Assembly (NCBI GenBank): GCA_019058315.1
Contig: JAHPZH010000008.1
Coordinates: 96,001-160,000 of the forward strand
Direction of reading: 5' to 3'
Length of the DNA stretch: 64,000 bases
DNA from: Candidatus Helarchaeota archaeon
GTDB taxonomy: Archaea > Asgardarchaeota > Lokiarchaeia > Helarchaeales > RDOG01
Shown here: in pieces, positions 49,530-59,657 of the stretch
Position numbering within the stretch: position 1 is the first letter of the stretch
How the letters are laid out: each line of letters begins with the position of its first letter
Notes under the pieces: model-generated
What the model was told of the DNA's origin: nothing
The model's input: only the letters and a program-made list of their open reading frames with translations
Databases searched by the model: none
Position numbers and translations under genes: made by a program

Positions 49530-50341
49530 TCTTTTTTAAATAATAACCACATTGCACCAAGAAAACAAGGTAGGGATATTGCTGTTATTATCATTTCTGC
49601 AATAAAAATTGTTATCGCTTGTAAATGAAACAGAATTGCAAATAAATTTAAAGATATATGAATCCCAACAGCAAAAAGATAATAAATAATATATGGTTTA
49701 ATAGTAATATCTTTAAAATTAAGCTCGGGAGTGTCGGTTTTAAACCCATAACCAATTATTATTGCGGTTGCAGAATGAAAGAGCACTACAATAAATCGTT
49801 CATATAAAACCAGTAAAGGTATTCCAAATAAATTTGCAATAGAAGTATATTGAATCCATGCAAAGAAATAATAGAGGATATAAAATTCATATAAAGGTGA
49901 GAGTGGAGGAAGTAATATGTACCAAATAATGCTATTTACAAATAAGTTTTGGATATTTATTATTTCAGCGGGTATTGCTGGAACGAAAGCGAGCATTTCA
50001 CCTGCTCCAAATCCTAATCCTACAATAAGACCGAAATACATTTTATTTTCTTCATCTGGATTTATTTTCCTTAAAAGGAGAAAAATGACAATAATTTTCA
50101 TTCCTTCTTCAACAAAGGCTCCAACTATGAGATTAACCCAATAAAGTGCAGGTAATGGAACGAATGGAGCATAAACTCCCCGAATTAATCCTACATAAAA
50201 GAAAAGAGCACCCATTATAAAAGCAATAAGGAAAAATTTCCATTTTTTATCTTCAAATTTTAATATTTTGAATATTATTGCAACTCCAAGGGGATATAGT
50301 ATGCTTATCAACACACCCAATAAAATTCCAATCGAATACAT
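49526..50341 (-). CDS. PrsW/YhfC-family glutamic intramembrane protease
   Basis: EEGMK, GLGFGAGE, ER..FH, GIH motifs; multi-TM. Confidence 0.8.
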   Translation of the reverse strand: MYSIGILLGVLISILYPLGVAIIFKILKFEDKKWKFFLIAFIMGALFFYVGLIRGVYAPFVPLPALYWVNLIVGAFVEEGMKIIVIFLLLRKINPDEENKMYFGLIVGLGFGAGEMLAFVPAIPAEIINIQNLFVNSIIWYILLPPLSPLYEFYILYYFFAWIQYTSIANLFGIPLLVLYERFIVVLFHSATAIIIGYGFKTDTPELNFKDITIKPYIIYYLFAVGIHISLNLFAILFHLQAITIFIAEMIITAISLPCFLGAMWLLFKKE

Positions 50342-50461
50342 CCTATTACCTTACCAACCATCTTTAAAATTCAAATAAGTAATTCATACTAAATAAATAA
50401 TCTTTGATAATTTTTAAGAATATTTTTTATATGTAAATAATTAATTCAAAATAAATTTAAT

Positions 50462-50821
50462 TTGTCCAAAAATTTTAGGATGAATAAAATGGTATCAAAT
50501 AATACAACTATTGGAGCAATACTCATATTTTCTGGATTAGGTTTGTTGTTTTTGTTATGGATCAGTGTAATTTCACCAAATACTGAAATGCGTACTCTTT
50601 GGGTTATAATTACGACAATCTTTTGGATCCAATTACAGGATATTAATCAGATTTTTTGGGTTATATCAGATGAATTTGAATCTTTTCTATTTGCAGTTTG
50701 TATTTTAGCACTTGTTTCCCTCCCTGTAGAAATTTTTGGCTTAAATATTGAAATTTTTGTCTATAGTTCCATAGTCCTTATTCTTGCTGGAGTTATTGCT
50801 GTTATTGTTAGTTCTAAATAA
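50462..50821 (+). CDS. hypothetical membrane protein
   Basis: Short ORF with 3-4 hydrophobic helices. Confidence 0.5.
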   Translation: MSKNFRMNKMVSNNTTIGAILIFSGLGLLFLLWISVISPNTEMRTLWVIITTIFWIQLQDINQIFWVISDEFESFLFAVCILALVSLPVEIFGLNIEIFVYSSIVLILAGVIAVIVSSK

Positions 50822-50836
50822 TACCTATATTTTTTT

Positions 50837-52540
50837 TTACATAATTTTTTCTCTTACATATACAATTAATATAAAGCATATTACTGCTATTATGCCATAA
50901 AGACTTACCATTGTAAAAATCTGAGGGTAACCTGCATCAGTTGTTAGACCATAAAGAAAACCCATAGCGAAATATGCGCTAATTTCTAAAATAAATAAAT
51001 AATAAGGTTCTATGTATTTTTTATCACGCACTTTTTCTTGTTTTGTATAAATTTCAGTACCAATAATTTCTTCTAATCCTCTTCCTTTACTCTCAGGAGC
51101 TAACATATAAACAGCATAAAGAAGCACGGTTAAAATCATACCCATAAGAGCAAACATAAATTGATATGATAGACCTAATCCACCAGCTTTCTCTGCTCCA
51201 TACATCATAAAGAAAGGCGCTAATATCATAGCCCCTCTACTTATGGATCCCATCCAACCCATTGCGGTGCTTCGGACATGAGTTGGCATCATCTCTAAAG
51301 GAAGAATTGTGAGTCCGGCCATTGATAATATAAGGCTAAACGCACCTAAGGTTCCACCGGCAACAACAATACTTATAATAATTGGATTTGTTATATTTCC
51401 CTCCACAAAAACAGCAGGACAAGAAAACATCAAACCTCCAATGAAAGTAAGATAAGAGAAACGTCTTACACAAGCTATTCTACCCCATCGATCAAGTAGA
51501 GGTCCAGCCAGAAGGAATCCTATTCCACCAGCTCCTGCTACAGGTAAAGCCGCCAAACCTATTAATTCTGGAGACATATTCAATTCTTGGCGGAAATATA
51601 TTCCAAAAAAGGTAAGTTGAGCAAAATTTATCAAATTTCCGCAAAAACCTCCCACACAACCTAAAATCATTCCACGAGCATATTGTTTTTTTAAAGGAGC
51701 GAACCAGCCAGTTTTAGGTTTTAGACCTTTTTTCTTTCGCCAATCCTCGTATTTCTTCATAGCAGTAAATCGTTTGGTTTCTTTTAAAAGGAAGAATAAA
51801 GGGATAAAGAAAATATATCCTACAATAGTAAAGAAAAACAAACTCTGCCAAGTTGTCATATAATTACCCCAAGGTCCAGGAATAGCTGCTCTAATTCCTA
51901 ACATTTGAATTGTTGCACATGCTATTCCCCCTATTGCATTTGTCGCAAGGACTATGCCAATCAAACGTCCTCTTAGATGATCGGGAGCTTCTTCTGCCAT
52001 AATAATTGTAACAATATCTGCTGAAAGAAAATAATTTGAAAAAATTCGCATAATAACAAAATAAATCAAGCCATCCGGACCAGGAGGAGAAAATGCCGTT
52101 AAAACTGTAAATGTAGTAAAACCTATAGCGGTAATAAGTGTCATAGGACGACGTCCATATTTATCAACTAAATATTTAAATGAAATTGCAGCAATCACAC
52201 CTATTCCAGCAAAACTTAAAACGACCCCCATAATTAGAGGGCTAGCAGAAAGTCCGAAATAGCTAAACAAGTCTTGATCCAACAATTGGTTAAAGAAATT
52301 AGAAAAATCCTGTCCTTCAAAACTTGACATAGCCAAAGTGATCGCAATTGTGCACCAGCCATCGAAGAACGTCACAATCCCAGCAAATATGATAACGAAA
52401 TAGAGATATTTATTCATTTTTGTAGGAAAACCTTCTTCTGATCTTCTTTTTTCTCTAATTCTCTTGCGTTCTTCCTTTGGAAGCTTTTTGAATGTCTCAA
52501 GGTCTGTGTTTTGTTCTATTTCTTTATCTTTTTTTAGCAG
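50837..52540 (-). CDS. MFS transporter (probable CTG start at 52540; first ATG at 52417)
   Basis: Motif A LVDKYGRR and LLDRWGR, EEAPDHLRGR, EMMPTHVRSTA, PESKGRGLEEI; frame open upstream to a CTG preceded by GAGGGAG. Confidence 0.88.
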   Translation of the reverse strand: MLKKDKEIEQNTDLETFKKLPKEERKRIREKRRSEEGFPTKMNKYLYFVIIFAGIVTFFDGWCTIAITLAMSSFEGQDFSNFFNQLLDQDLFSYFGLSASPLIMGVVLSFAGIGVIAAISFKYLVDKYGRRPMTLITAIGFTTFTVLTAFSPPGPDGLIYFVIMRIFSNYFLSADIVTIIMAEEAPDHLRGRLIGIVLATNAIGGIACATIQMLGIRAAIPGPWGNYMTTWQSLFFFTIVGYIFFIPLFFLLKETKRFTAMKKYEDWRKKKGLKPKTGWFAPLKKQYARGMILGCVGGFCGNLINFAQLTFFGIYFRQELNMSPELIGLAALPVAGAGGIGFLLAGPLLDRWGRIACVRRFSYLTFIGGLMFSCPAVFVEGNITNPIIISIVVAGGTLGAFSLILSMAGLTILPLEMMPTHVRSTAMGWMGSISRGAMILAPFFMMYGAEKAGGLGLSYQFMFALMGMILTVLLYAVYMLAPESKGRGLEEIIGTEIYTKQEKVRDKKYIEPYYLFILEISAYFAMGFLYGLTTDAGYPQIFTMVSLYGIIAVICFILIVYVREKIM

Positions 52541-52675
52541 ATTTGCTCCCTCATAATTTTTTATAAAATAATTAAATGATTAGTAAATTAAAGAGTTTTT
52601 AAAATCATTTGATTATAGGAATTAATTAATTATTTTATTGAAATCTTCTTTATAGGAGAATTTTAAAAAAATAGA

Positions 52676-53200
52676 ATGAAATCATGGAAATATATAAAGA
52701 GCACATATAAAATGGATAATAACCTAAAAAATTTCAGAGATTCCTTTTCTAACCTTGAGAAGGCTATCCAAACTAAGCATATACTTGAGATTATTAAAGA
52801 TTTTGAATTTCTACTTGAAAAAATAATCTTAAATGAAAAAATTTCTTGCGAAACTGATTGTTTAATAGATATTACTATGTCATCAGAAACCAATCCTGAA
52901 AAAATTCGAGTAAATCTTGTAATTCCTGATAAAAAGAATCCTCAAATTCTTATTTTTATAAAATTTATAATCGACTATCCAGAAGTCTTGATGAATTATA
53001 TGATTGAAGTTACGATGATAAGAGAACATTTTGGAAATGATATTAAAATAGTTTATATTTTACATGATACTAATCAAAAATTTTTTGAAGAACCTATTTA
53101 TCAGACCCTTATTAAGAATATGATAGAACAAAATCAACTTAATGAGCTATTATTTCTACCCAAAGAGTTTAATAAATTTTTAGATATTATAAAATCCTAG
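52676..53200 (+). CDS. hypothetical protein
   Basis: 174-aa ORF (alternative ATG 52712); weak resemblance to a restriction-endonuclease-like fold. Confidence 0.55.
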   Translation: MKSWKYIKSTYKMDNNLKNFRDSFSNLEKAIQTKHILEIIKDFEFLLEKIILNEKISCETDCLIDITMSSETNPEKIRVNLVIPDKKNPQILIFIKFIIDYPEVLMNYMIEVTMIREHFGNDIKIVYILHDTNQKFFEEPIYQTLIKNMIEQNQLNELLFLPKEFNKFLDIIKS

Positions 53201-53316
53201 TTTTATCCAAGTTTTTTTTCAATAAATTTCAAAAATAATGTTAAAAATATTTTTTATAACAATAATCTCAATATAATAAAATAGCTAAAACTAAATATTA
53301 TAAAAGGAGACAAATT

Positions 53317-54366
53317 ATGTACGTCGGAAAATTAAGAGCTCAATTGATCTTTACAATTTTTATCATGTTTCTATTGCCTTTCATTTTTGTATTCGCTCTA
53401 TTTTATATAAATTCAGAAATTTACGATGTTACATATAAAACCCAAGATTATCTCATTATATTTGGAATAGCAGGGGCTTTTGCTGGTTTTCAGCTTCTTC
53501 TCTTATATTTCATAGGACCAGCTTCTATTGAACGGCATTACGGGGGACAGATTCAATGGATTAGTAGTGATTATGACTCCCGGTTATGGGAGATGATACA
53601 GGTTAGAGCGAAAGAGGCAGGAGTAGGTTTAACAAAAATTGGAGTCCTTCAAACTGACGAAATTAACGCATTTGTTTACGGTTATGGAAAGAAAAAAGGG
53701 AGATTAGTATTAACACAAGGATTATTGAAACATTTAGATTTCGATGAAGTGGAAGGTGTAGTAGGACATGAGCTCGGACATGTTAGACATAGAGATATGT
53801 CAATTACATTAATGCTTATTGCAGTACCTCTATTAATTTCAAGCCTCTATAGATTTTCATTCTATACAAGTGGTCGTGGAAGAAGGGACAGAAACAATAC
53901 TTGGCTCATCATAGTCATTATAATTTTGTTTTTTGCAACCTATTTTGCTTCAATTTTATTAATGAGATATGTTAGCCGTATCCGAGAGTATTATGCAGAT
54001 GCTCATTCTGTAGAATTATTAAAGGATCCACGACCCATAGTGCAAGGGCTAGCAAAATTGACATATAAAAATGCTATTACTGAAGATACAATCATTAAAA
54101 CTCGAACCAATACCCATGCGTTAATGATTGTTAGTCCTATGGCATCAGCACATCAAGCCGATGAAGCACGAAAAACAATAGCAGAAGTCAAGGTTGATTT
54201 AGATAAATACGGTGATGTCGGAGGAGCAGATATAGATGAGGAGAAATTGGAGGACGCAATGGAGAAAGAGCTGAAAGGTGGAGAAAGTATAATGAGAACC
54301 CATCCATTAACAGCTAAAAGAATTTTAGGAGCTTTAAAATACGCTGAAGAATTGAAATTAATTTAA
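53317..54366 (+). CDS. htpX: M48 family zinc metalloprotease HtpX
   Basis: NAF, HELGH, SRIREYYAD, THP..RI; N-terminal TM helices. Confidence 0.9.
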   Translation: MYVGKLRAQLIFTIFIMFLLPFIFVFALFYINSEIYDVTYKTQDYLIIFGIAGAFAGFQLLLLYFIGPASIERHYGGQIQWISSDYDSRLWEMIQVRAKEAGVGLTKIGVLQTDEINAFVYGYGKKKGRLVLTQGLLKHLDFDEVEGVVGHELGHVRHRDMSITLMLIAVPLLISSLYRFSFYTSGRGRRDRNNTWLIIVIIILFFATYFASILLMRYVSRIREYYADAHSVELLKDPRPIVQGLAKLTYKNAITEDTIIKTRTNTHALMIVSPMASAHQADEARKTIAEVKVDLDKYGDVGGADIDEEKLEDAMEKELKGGESIMRTHPLTAKRILGALKYAEELKLI

Positions 54367-54465
54367 CATTTTTTTTGATTTTTTTATTTTATCCAAAAAT
54401 ATTTTATTTAAACAAGTTAAAATTACATCTAATATTACATAAATCGCGACTGGACTAAGGAGAAA

Positions 54466-55893
54466 TTGAGTAACAGGGATGAAAAAAAACTAATCTTGAA
54501 AGATTTAGAAGATCAAATAGATAATCTAAGGGGAAAGATTAGAGAAAATATTATCAAGAATGAAGAACAAATCAAGGTAATAAACGAAATTGATAAAAAT
54601 ATTGATACAATGAAATCTGAAGTTTTCAAATTATCGGAAAAAGAAGAAGATCAGGCAAAAATAATAGATTCTAAAATAAAGGAATATGATTACTTATTGG
54701 GTCAAAAAATTGATGAAAATGAGAAACTAAATTCAACAGTAAATGAATTACAAAATAATATAGATACAAAAGATAAAGAAATCAAGGCATTGGAAAGTGA
54801 AATTAGTCTAATGAAAGAAGAATTTTCTAAAGAAATGAATAGAGTAATTACTGATAAAGATGATTTATTATCTAAAGCCAAGCTTGTTTATCAAAGCACA
54901 GAAAAAGACAAAAGAAATGCAATTCGTCAATTAGAATTAAAATACGAAGAAATTAGGAATAATTATGAATCAGAAATTAAGAATCAGGAAAAAGATTGGA
55001 AAGAAAAATTACAAGTGCAAAAAAAATCATATGAAAAGAGATTAGGGGAAAAAGAAGACTTCATAAAGAAAAAAACTAAAGTGTATGAGGATATCATTAA
55101 AGATAGAGAATCTAAGATTTCAAAATTTCAGAAAAAAGGAGAAAAAATCGAATCTACAATTGCTGATACTAAGCAGGGGTATGATATCACAGAAAAAAAT
55201 GATTTAGAGATTTCAAAACTAGAGGAAGAAATTTCAAATCTTAAAACCACCTTAATAAAAGACGCAAAAGTTTATGAAGACATTATTAAAATGAAAGACT
55301 CTGAAATCTCAACCTTAATAGAGCAACTTCAAACTGCCCAAGCAACTTCTTCAATTGATGTTAAAGTCTATGAGGAAGAAATTGAAAATAAGGATTCAGA
55401 GCTTTCGAAAATGAGACTTCAGCTTCAAAATATCCAAATTAAATCAGAAAATGATTCAAAATTCTATGAAGATGTTATAAAAAATAAAGATTATGAAATC
55501 TCAAAGCTGAAGTCGCAACTTCAAGACATTCAAGTAAGCATATCAAATTCAAAAGCCTATGAAGATACAATTAGCAATAAAGAATCAGAGATCTCCAATT
55601 TAAAAGAACAACTTCATAAAAATCAAGCAACTTCAGAGAATAAAACTAACGAGTATTTGAATAAAATTAAAAATAAAGATTCTGAGATCTCCAAATTAAA
55701 AGAAAAAAGTCAAAATATGCAAAAAATCTCAGAAAATGATAAAAAAGTGTTTGAGGAGACTCTTAACGATAAAGATTTAGAGATATCAAAATTAAAAGAA
55801 GAACTTGAAAAAGTTAAAACCACACTAGAGGAAAAACCTAAAAAGATTAAAAAGAAGAAAAAGAAGAAAAAAGGAAAAAGAAAGAAAAAATAA
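54466..55893 (+). CDS. long coiled-coil protein with 32-aa repeats and poly-Lys tail
   Basis: E/K/Q/N-rich heptads throughout; tail KPKKIKKKKKKKKGKRKKK. Confidence 0.8.
   Translation: MSNRDEKKLILKDLEDQIDNLRGKIRENIIKNEEQIKVINEIDKNIDTMKSEVFKLSEKEEDQAKIIDSKIKEYDYLLGQKIDENEKLNSTVNELQNNIDTKDKEIKALESEISLMKEEFSKEMNRVITDKDDLLSKAKLVYQSTEKDKRNAIRQLELKYEEIRNNYESEIKNQEKDWKEKLQVQKKSYEKRLGEKEDFIKKKTKVYEDIIKDRESKISKFQKKGEKIESTIADTKQGYDITEKNDLEISKLEEEISNLKTTLIKDAKVYEDIIKMKDSEISTLIEQLQTAQATSSIDVKVYEEEIENKDSELSKMRLQLQNIQIKSENDSKFYEDVIKNKDYEISKLKSQLQDIQVSISNSKAYEDTISNKESEISNLKEQLHKNQATSENKTNEYLNKIKNKDSEISKLKEKSQNMQKISENDKKVFEETLNDKDLEISKLKEELEKVKTTLEEKPKKIKKKKKKKKGKRKKK
55267..55820 (+). repeat. six tandem ~96-nt (32-aa) repeats KxYEDxIxxKDxEISxLKxQLQ
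   Basis: Unit starts at 55267, 55363, 55459, 55552, 55648, 55744 (96/96/93/96/96 nt); an earlier partial copy at 55078. Confidence 0.85.
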
Positions 55894-55985
55894 ATTACAG
55901 ATAAAATTTCTGCATTCTAAATTGTCAATAGTGTTTTTCATTTAAATTTAATAAAATTTTTAAATTCCATTAAAAAATCCTATAT

Positions 55986-57083
55986 ATGGAATTGAATGAA
56001 AAAACTCCGAAACCAATAGTTAGAATTAAAGCTATGGATACTGCAAGAGGTATCGCGACTTGGTTATTGATGCCGGCACATTTTTCTCACTGGTATCTAA
56101 AAATTATCCCTAATCCTAGCTGGATGCAATATCTTTTTCGTTCAATTTTAGGTACAGCTTTTCAATATGTCTTTGTTACATTACCTGGAATGGCTGTAAC
56201 ATTGCAGTTATATATTAGTAGAAATAGAGGAATTGATGAAAACCAATTAAAGGTTTCCATAATAAAAAGAGGATTGATATTAATTATCATACAATTTATA
56301 TGTAATTTCTTCTCATATCAACCATTTTTTACTTTTAATTGGTTTATACTATCTTTTATAGGTTTATCGATAATACTTTCTTACTTCTTTACAGGTACTT
56401 CTGAAAAATTAAGGATTATTCTTATTTTAATAATTATAATTTTATCACCAATTTTGAAATTTATTTTCTGGAATTTCTATGTATTAACAGCTTTTCTATC
56501 AAATGCATGGTCTATTGAGATTTTTCTTAATAAAATGTGTTTTGAAGTAAATTTTCCCTTATTTCCATATCTTGCATTACCTATTTTTGGAACTTTATTT
56601 GCAGAAAAAATGATTAAAGCCATAGAAAGTGAGAATCAGATGAAGTTCATAAAAAATTCATTGATTATAGGTGGAATATTAATTATGTTTTATATATTTA
56701 CACTTAATTTTGATTATATTCTAAATTTTCCACATATTGCCTTTTATAGCTTACCTACTCGCCAGGAAGTACTTTATTCCTTTGGAGTAGTTATGGTTGT
56801 TATAGCTTTATTATTTTGGATTCAGGATATTAAGGGAAAGAATTGGAAAATATTTAGACCTTTTGAAATTTATGGGGCTATATCTTTGACTGTATTTGTG
56901 ACACATTTTTATTTATTTCCTCCTCTTTTAGAATTATTGTACGATCCATTACAAAACTTAAGTGAATTTACTGTTTTTCAAATTTGCTCATTTTTTTGGG
57001 CAATATATTGGATCTATGGCGTAATTTGGCGCAGACATCAAAGAAAATATAGTCTAGAATGGGTGCTAAGACGGTTATCATAA
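55986..57083 (+). CDS. HGSNAT/DUF1624-like membrane protein
   Basis: RIKAMDTARGIATWLLMPAH, FPLFPY, SLTVFVTH, YSLEWVLRR. Confidence 0.75.
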   Translation: MELNEKTPKPIVRIKAMDTARGIATWLLMPAHFSHWYLKIIPNPSWMQYLFRSILGTAFQYVFVTLPGMAVTLQLYISRNRGIDENQLKVSIIKRGLILIIIQFICNFFSYQPFFTFNWFILSFIGLSIILSYFFTGTSEKLRIILILIIIILSPILKFIFWNFYVLTAFLSNAWSIEIFLNKMCFEVNFPLFPYLALPIFGTLFAEKMIKAIESENQMKFIKNSLIIGGILIMFYIFTLNFDYILNFPHIAFYSLPTRQEVLYSFGVVMVVIALLFWIQDIKGKNWKIFRPFEIYGAISLTVFVTHFYLFPPLLELLYDPLQNLSEFTVFQICSFFWAIYWIYGVIWRRHQRKYSLEWVLRRLS

Positions 57084-57157
57084 GTTAAATTCTAAAAAAA
57101 ATAAATATTAGATAATTTAATTTTAATGGATTCTGATAATAAATTTCAAAGATCTAT

Positions 57158-58315
57158 TTGGTTATTTTCTTGAGTACAAAGGCAAATCAATTTAAAACTG
57201 AAAAAAAAGGAGTTTCCACTAATAGAGTAAAAGCTCTAGATACAGCAAGAGGTTATGCTACAATTATGATGGTAATAGGTCATTATATTCAATGGTACTT
57301 GAAATCTATTATCCCAGCGTCATTTATACAAAACATTTCTTCTCCATCAATTATTCATTATATTTTTGTTCCATTGCTAGGTATTTCAGCGCAAAATCTC
57401 TTTGTAACAATACCGGCCATGGGGGTCATCTTCCAGCGAAATTTGTATAAACAAAGAAATATGGATGAGAATTTATTAAGAAAATCGGTATTGAAAAGAG
57501 GGTTATTGTTAATTTTAGTACAATTTTTTTGTAATGTTATTTTTTCAGATCCTGGATATACTTGGGCTTGGTTTATTCTTTCTTTTATTGGAGTATCAAT
57601 AATAGTTGTGTATTTTATCTCGAAATATTCACCTTACATAAGAATCATAATTGTAATCGCTATTATTATGTTATCTCCATTTCTGAAATATTATTTCTTT
57701 TCGGCGTTTCTTTCATTATTTTTTTATAAAAATGCATGGTCTATTGAAATATTTATTTATAAAATGACTTTACAAGTGGTTTTTCCTATATTTCCTAGTA
57801 TAGTTTATCCGATAATTGGAACAATTTATGCAGAAAAAATAATTGAAGCAAAAGAAAATAATACCCAATTTGAATTAGTTAGAAACTCGTTAATATGTGG
57901 AATTATTCTAATTTCAGCATTTTTCTTATTAGGAAATATTTATGCATTAGTGAATTATCCAGATTTTTGGCTCAATTTGCCATCAAGAGTCGACGTATTA
58001 TATGTTTTTGGAACTAATTTGGTTATCTTATCCATTTTCTATTGGATCCAAGATTGGCAGGAAAAGTCTTTGAAGATTTTTGAGCCATTTAGAGTATTTG
58101 GAGCAATTTCCCTTACTGTATTTATAACACACTTTTATTTATTTCCGATATTTTTTGAACGAATTTTATACAAAGGAGCACGTCAAAGTACAGATTTATA
58201 CACAATTATGCAATTTTCATTAGCATTGATTATTTTATATTATATTTATGGGCTTTATATATTACGAAATGACAGAAAATATAGTGTTGAATGGTTATTA
58301 AGACGTTTTATTTAG
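57158..58315 (+). CDS. HGSNAT/DUF1624-like membrane protein (tandem paralogue)
   Basis: RVKALDTARGYATIMMVIGH, FPIFP, SLTVFITH, YSVEWLLRR. Confidence 0.75.
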   Translation: MVIFLSTKANQFKTEKKGVSTNRVKALDTARGYATIMMVIGHYIQWYLKSIIPASFIQNISSPSIIHYIFVPLLGISAQNLFVTIPAMGVIFQRNLYKQRNMDENLLRKSVLKRGLLLILVQFFCNVIFSDPGYTWAWFILSFIGVSIIVVYFISKYSPYIRIIIVIAIIMLSPFLKYYFFSAFLSLFFYKNAWSIEIFIYKMTLQVVFPIFPSIVYPIIGTIYAEKIIEAKENNTQFELVRNSLICGIILISAFFLLGNIYALVNYPDFWLNLPSRVDVLYVFGTNLVILSIFYWIQDWQEKSLKIFEPFRVFGAISLTVFITHFYLFPIFFERILYKGARQSTDLYTIMQFSLALIILYYIYGLYILRNDRKYSVEWLLRRFI

Positions 58316-58553
58316 ATACCACAATTTAAAATTTGATAAAATATTTAGAGTATGTATCGAATTTCATTATTAAGTATTTTTTCCTTATTTTGATTCTTTA
58401 AAAGTAAATTAACTATGAATTTAAATTATAAGTAATTAAACAATTCTAAAAAATAATATTTTTAAATCAAGTTAATGTAATTAATTTAAAATTCTCAAAA
58501 ATTTGAAATTTACAATCAGAACTAATCTTAAGTAAAAACGGAGAGTTTAAACT

Positions 58554-59270
58554 TTGAGTTCTCAAGTAAAAAATATAATCCAAAATGCTCTGAAAGAAGG
58601 AAGAACAGCTTTAATGGAGCATGAATCTAGAGATATTATTCAAGCTTATGGTATTGAAATAGGAAAATATAAAATTGTTAATAGTCCCGATGAGGCTGTC
58701 GCTGCTGCCAAAAATATTGGCTATCCTGTAGTCTGTAAGATTGCTAGTCCAGATATCATACACAAAACAGATGCTGGTGGCATTAAACTAAATTTAAAAA
58801 CTGATGATGAAGTTAAAAATGCTTACAATGAAATTTTACAGAATGCTAAAAAATATAAAGCAGATGCAAAAATTATTGGAATTAACGTTCAAAAAATGAC
58901 TGAAAAAGGAATAACTGAAGTTATTATTGGTATGACAACAGACCCACAGTTTGGACCAGCATTAATGTTCGGTTTAGGTGGTATTTTTGTTGAAATTTAC
59001 AAAGATGTTAGTTTCAGAGTTTGTCCCATTACAGAGTATGATGCTAACGAAATGATAAAAGATATAAAGGCGTTTCCATTATTAGATGGATTTCGCGGAG
59101 CACCTAAAGCAGATATTAAATTTTTAGTCGATGCTTTGATGAAAATTTGTAAGTTATCCCTTGAAGTTCCAGAAATAGACCAAATAGATCTGAATCCTAT
59201 TATTGCATTACCAAAAGGCGCAGCGGTAGTAGATGCACGTATTATTTTAAAAGAGCCTAAAAAAGAATAA
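58554..59270 (+). CDS. acdB: ADP-forming acetate/acyl-CoA ligase beta subunit (ATP-grasp)
   Basis: GYPVVCKIASPDIIHKTDAGG, DPQFGP..MFGLGGIFVE..KDV, DLNP, VDAR. Confidence 0.9.
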   Translation: MSSQVKNIIQNALKEGRTALMEHESRDIIQAYGIEIGKYKIVNSPDEAVAAAKNIGYPVVCKIASPDIIHKTDAGGIKLNLKTDDEVKNAYNEILQNAKKYKADAKIIGINVQKMTEKGITEVIIGMTTDPQFGPALMFGLGGIFVEIYKDVSFRVCPITEYDANEMIKDIKAFPLLDGFRGAPKADIKFLVDALMKICKLSLEVPEIDQIDLNPIIALPKGAAVVDARIILKEPKKE

Positions 59271-59288
59271 ATTTTGGGAGATTAACAT

Positions 59289-59657
59289 TTGTCAGATGAT
59301 GATGAAAAAAAGGATCAAAAGCGAAAATTAGGATTAATTGAGGTAGAAACATTACCAAGTTTAATAGATATGGCAGCAAGAAGTATGCAACCTATTATAC
59401 AACATCTCCAATTCCTCGGGGAACATATATATTATCTTCAATTTGGGGGTATACCCGGATTTGGAACAACAATTTATTTCATTCGGCAAAAAGACCCAAT
59501 CACTCAAAAGTACATTGTATATAATAAAACTGAAGATAAAATTTTATTTACTGATAAGTTAGATCCTCGTGGAAACCTTATTTATCTGCCAATTATACAT
59601 ATAAAGAAACAAAATATTTTTTCAGAGAAAGAATTAAAAGAATTTATAGAAAAATAA
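59289..59657 (+). CDS. conserved-looking archaeal hypothetical protein, co-oriented with acdB
   Basis: GGAG RBS, TTG start, 18 nt after acdB. Confidence 0.65.
   Translation: MSDDDEKKDQKRKLGLIEVETLPSLIDMAARSMQPIIQHLQFLGEHIYYLQFGGIPGFGTTIYFIRQKDPITQKYIVYNKTEDKILFTDKLDPRGNLIYLPIIHIKKQNIFSEKELKEFIEK

Noticed and set aside
54466-55893. SMC/Rad50 chromosome segregation protein
   Set aside because: No Walker A/B heads, hinge or Zn hook.
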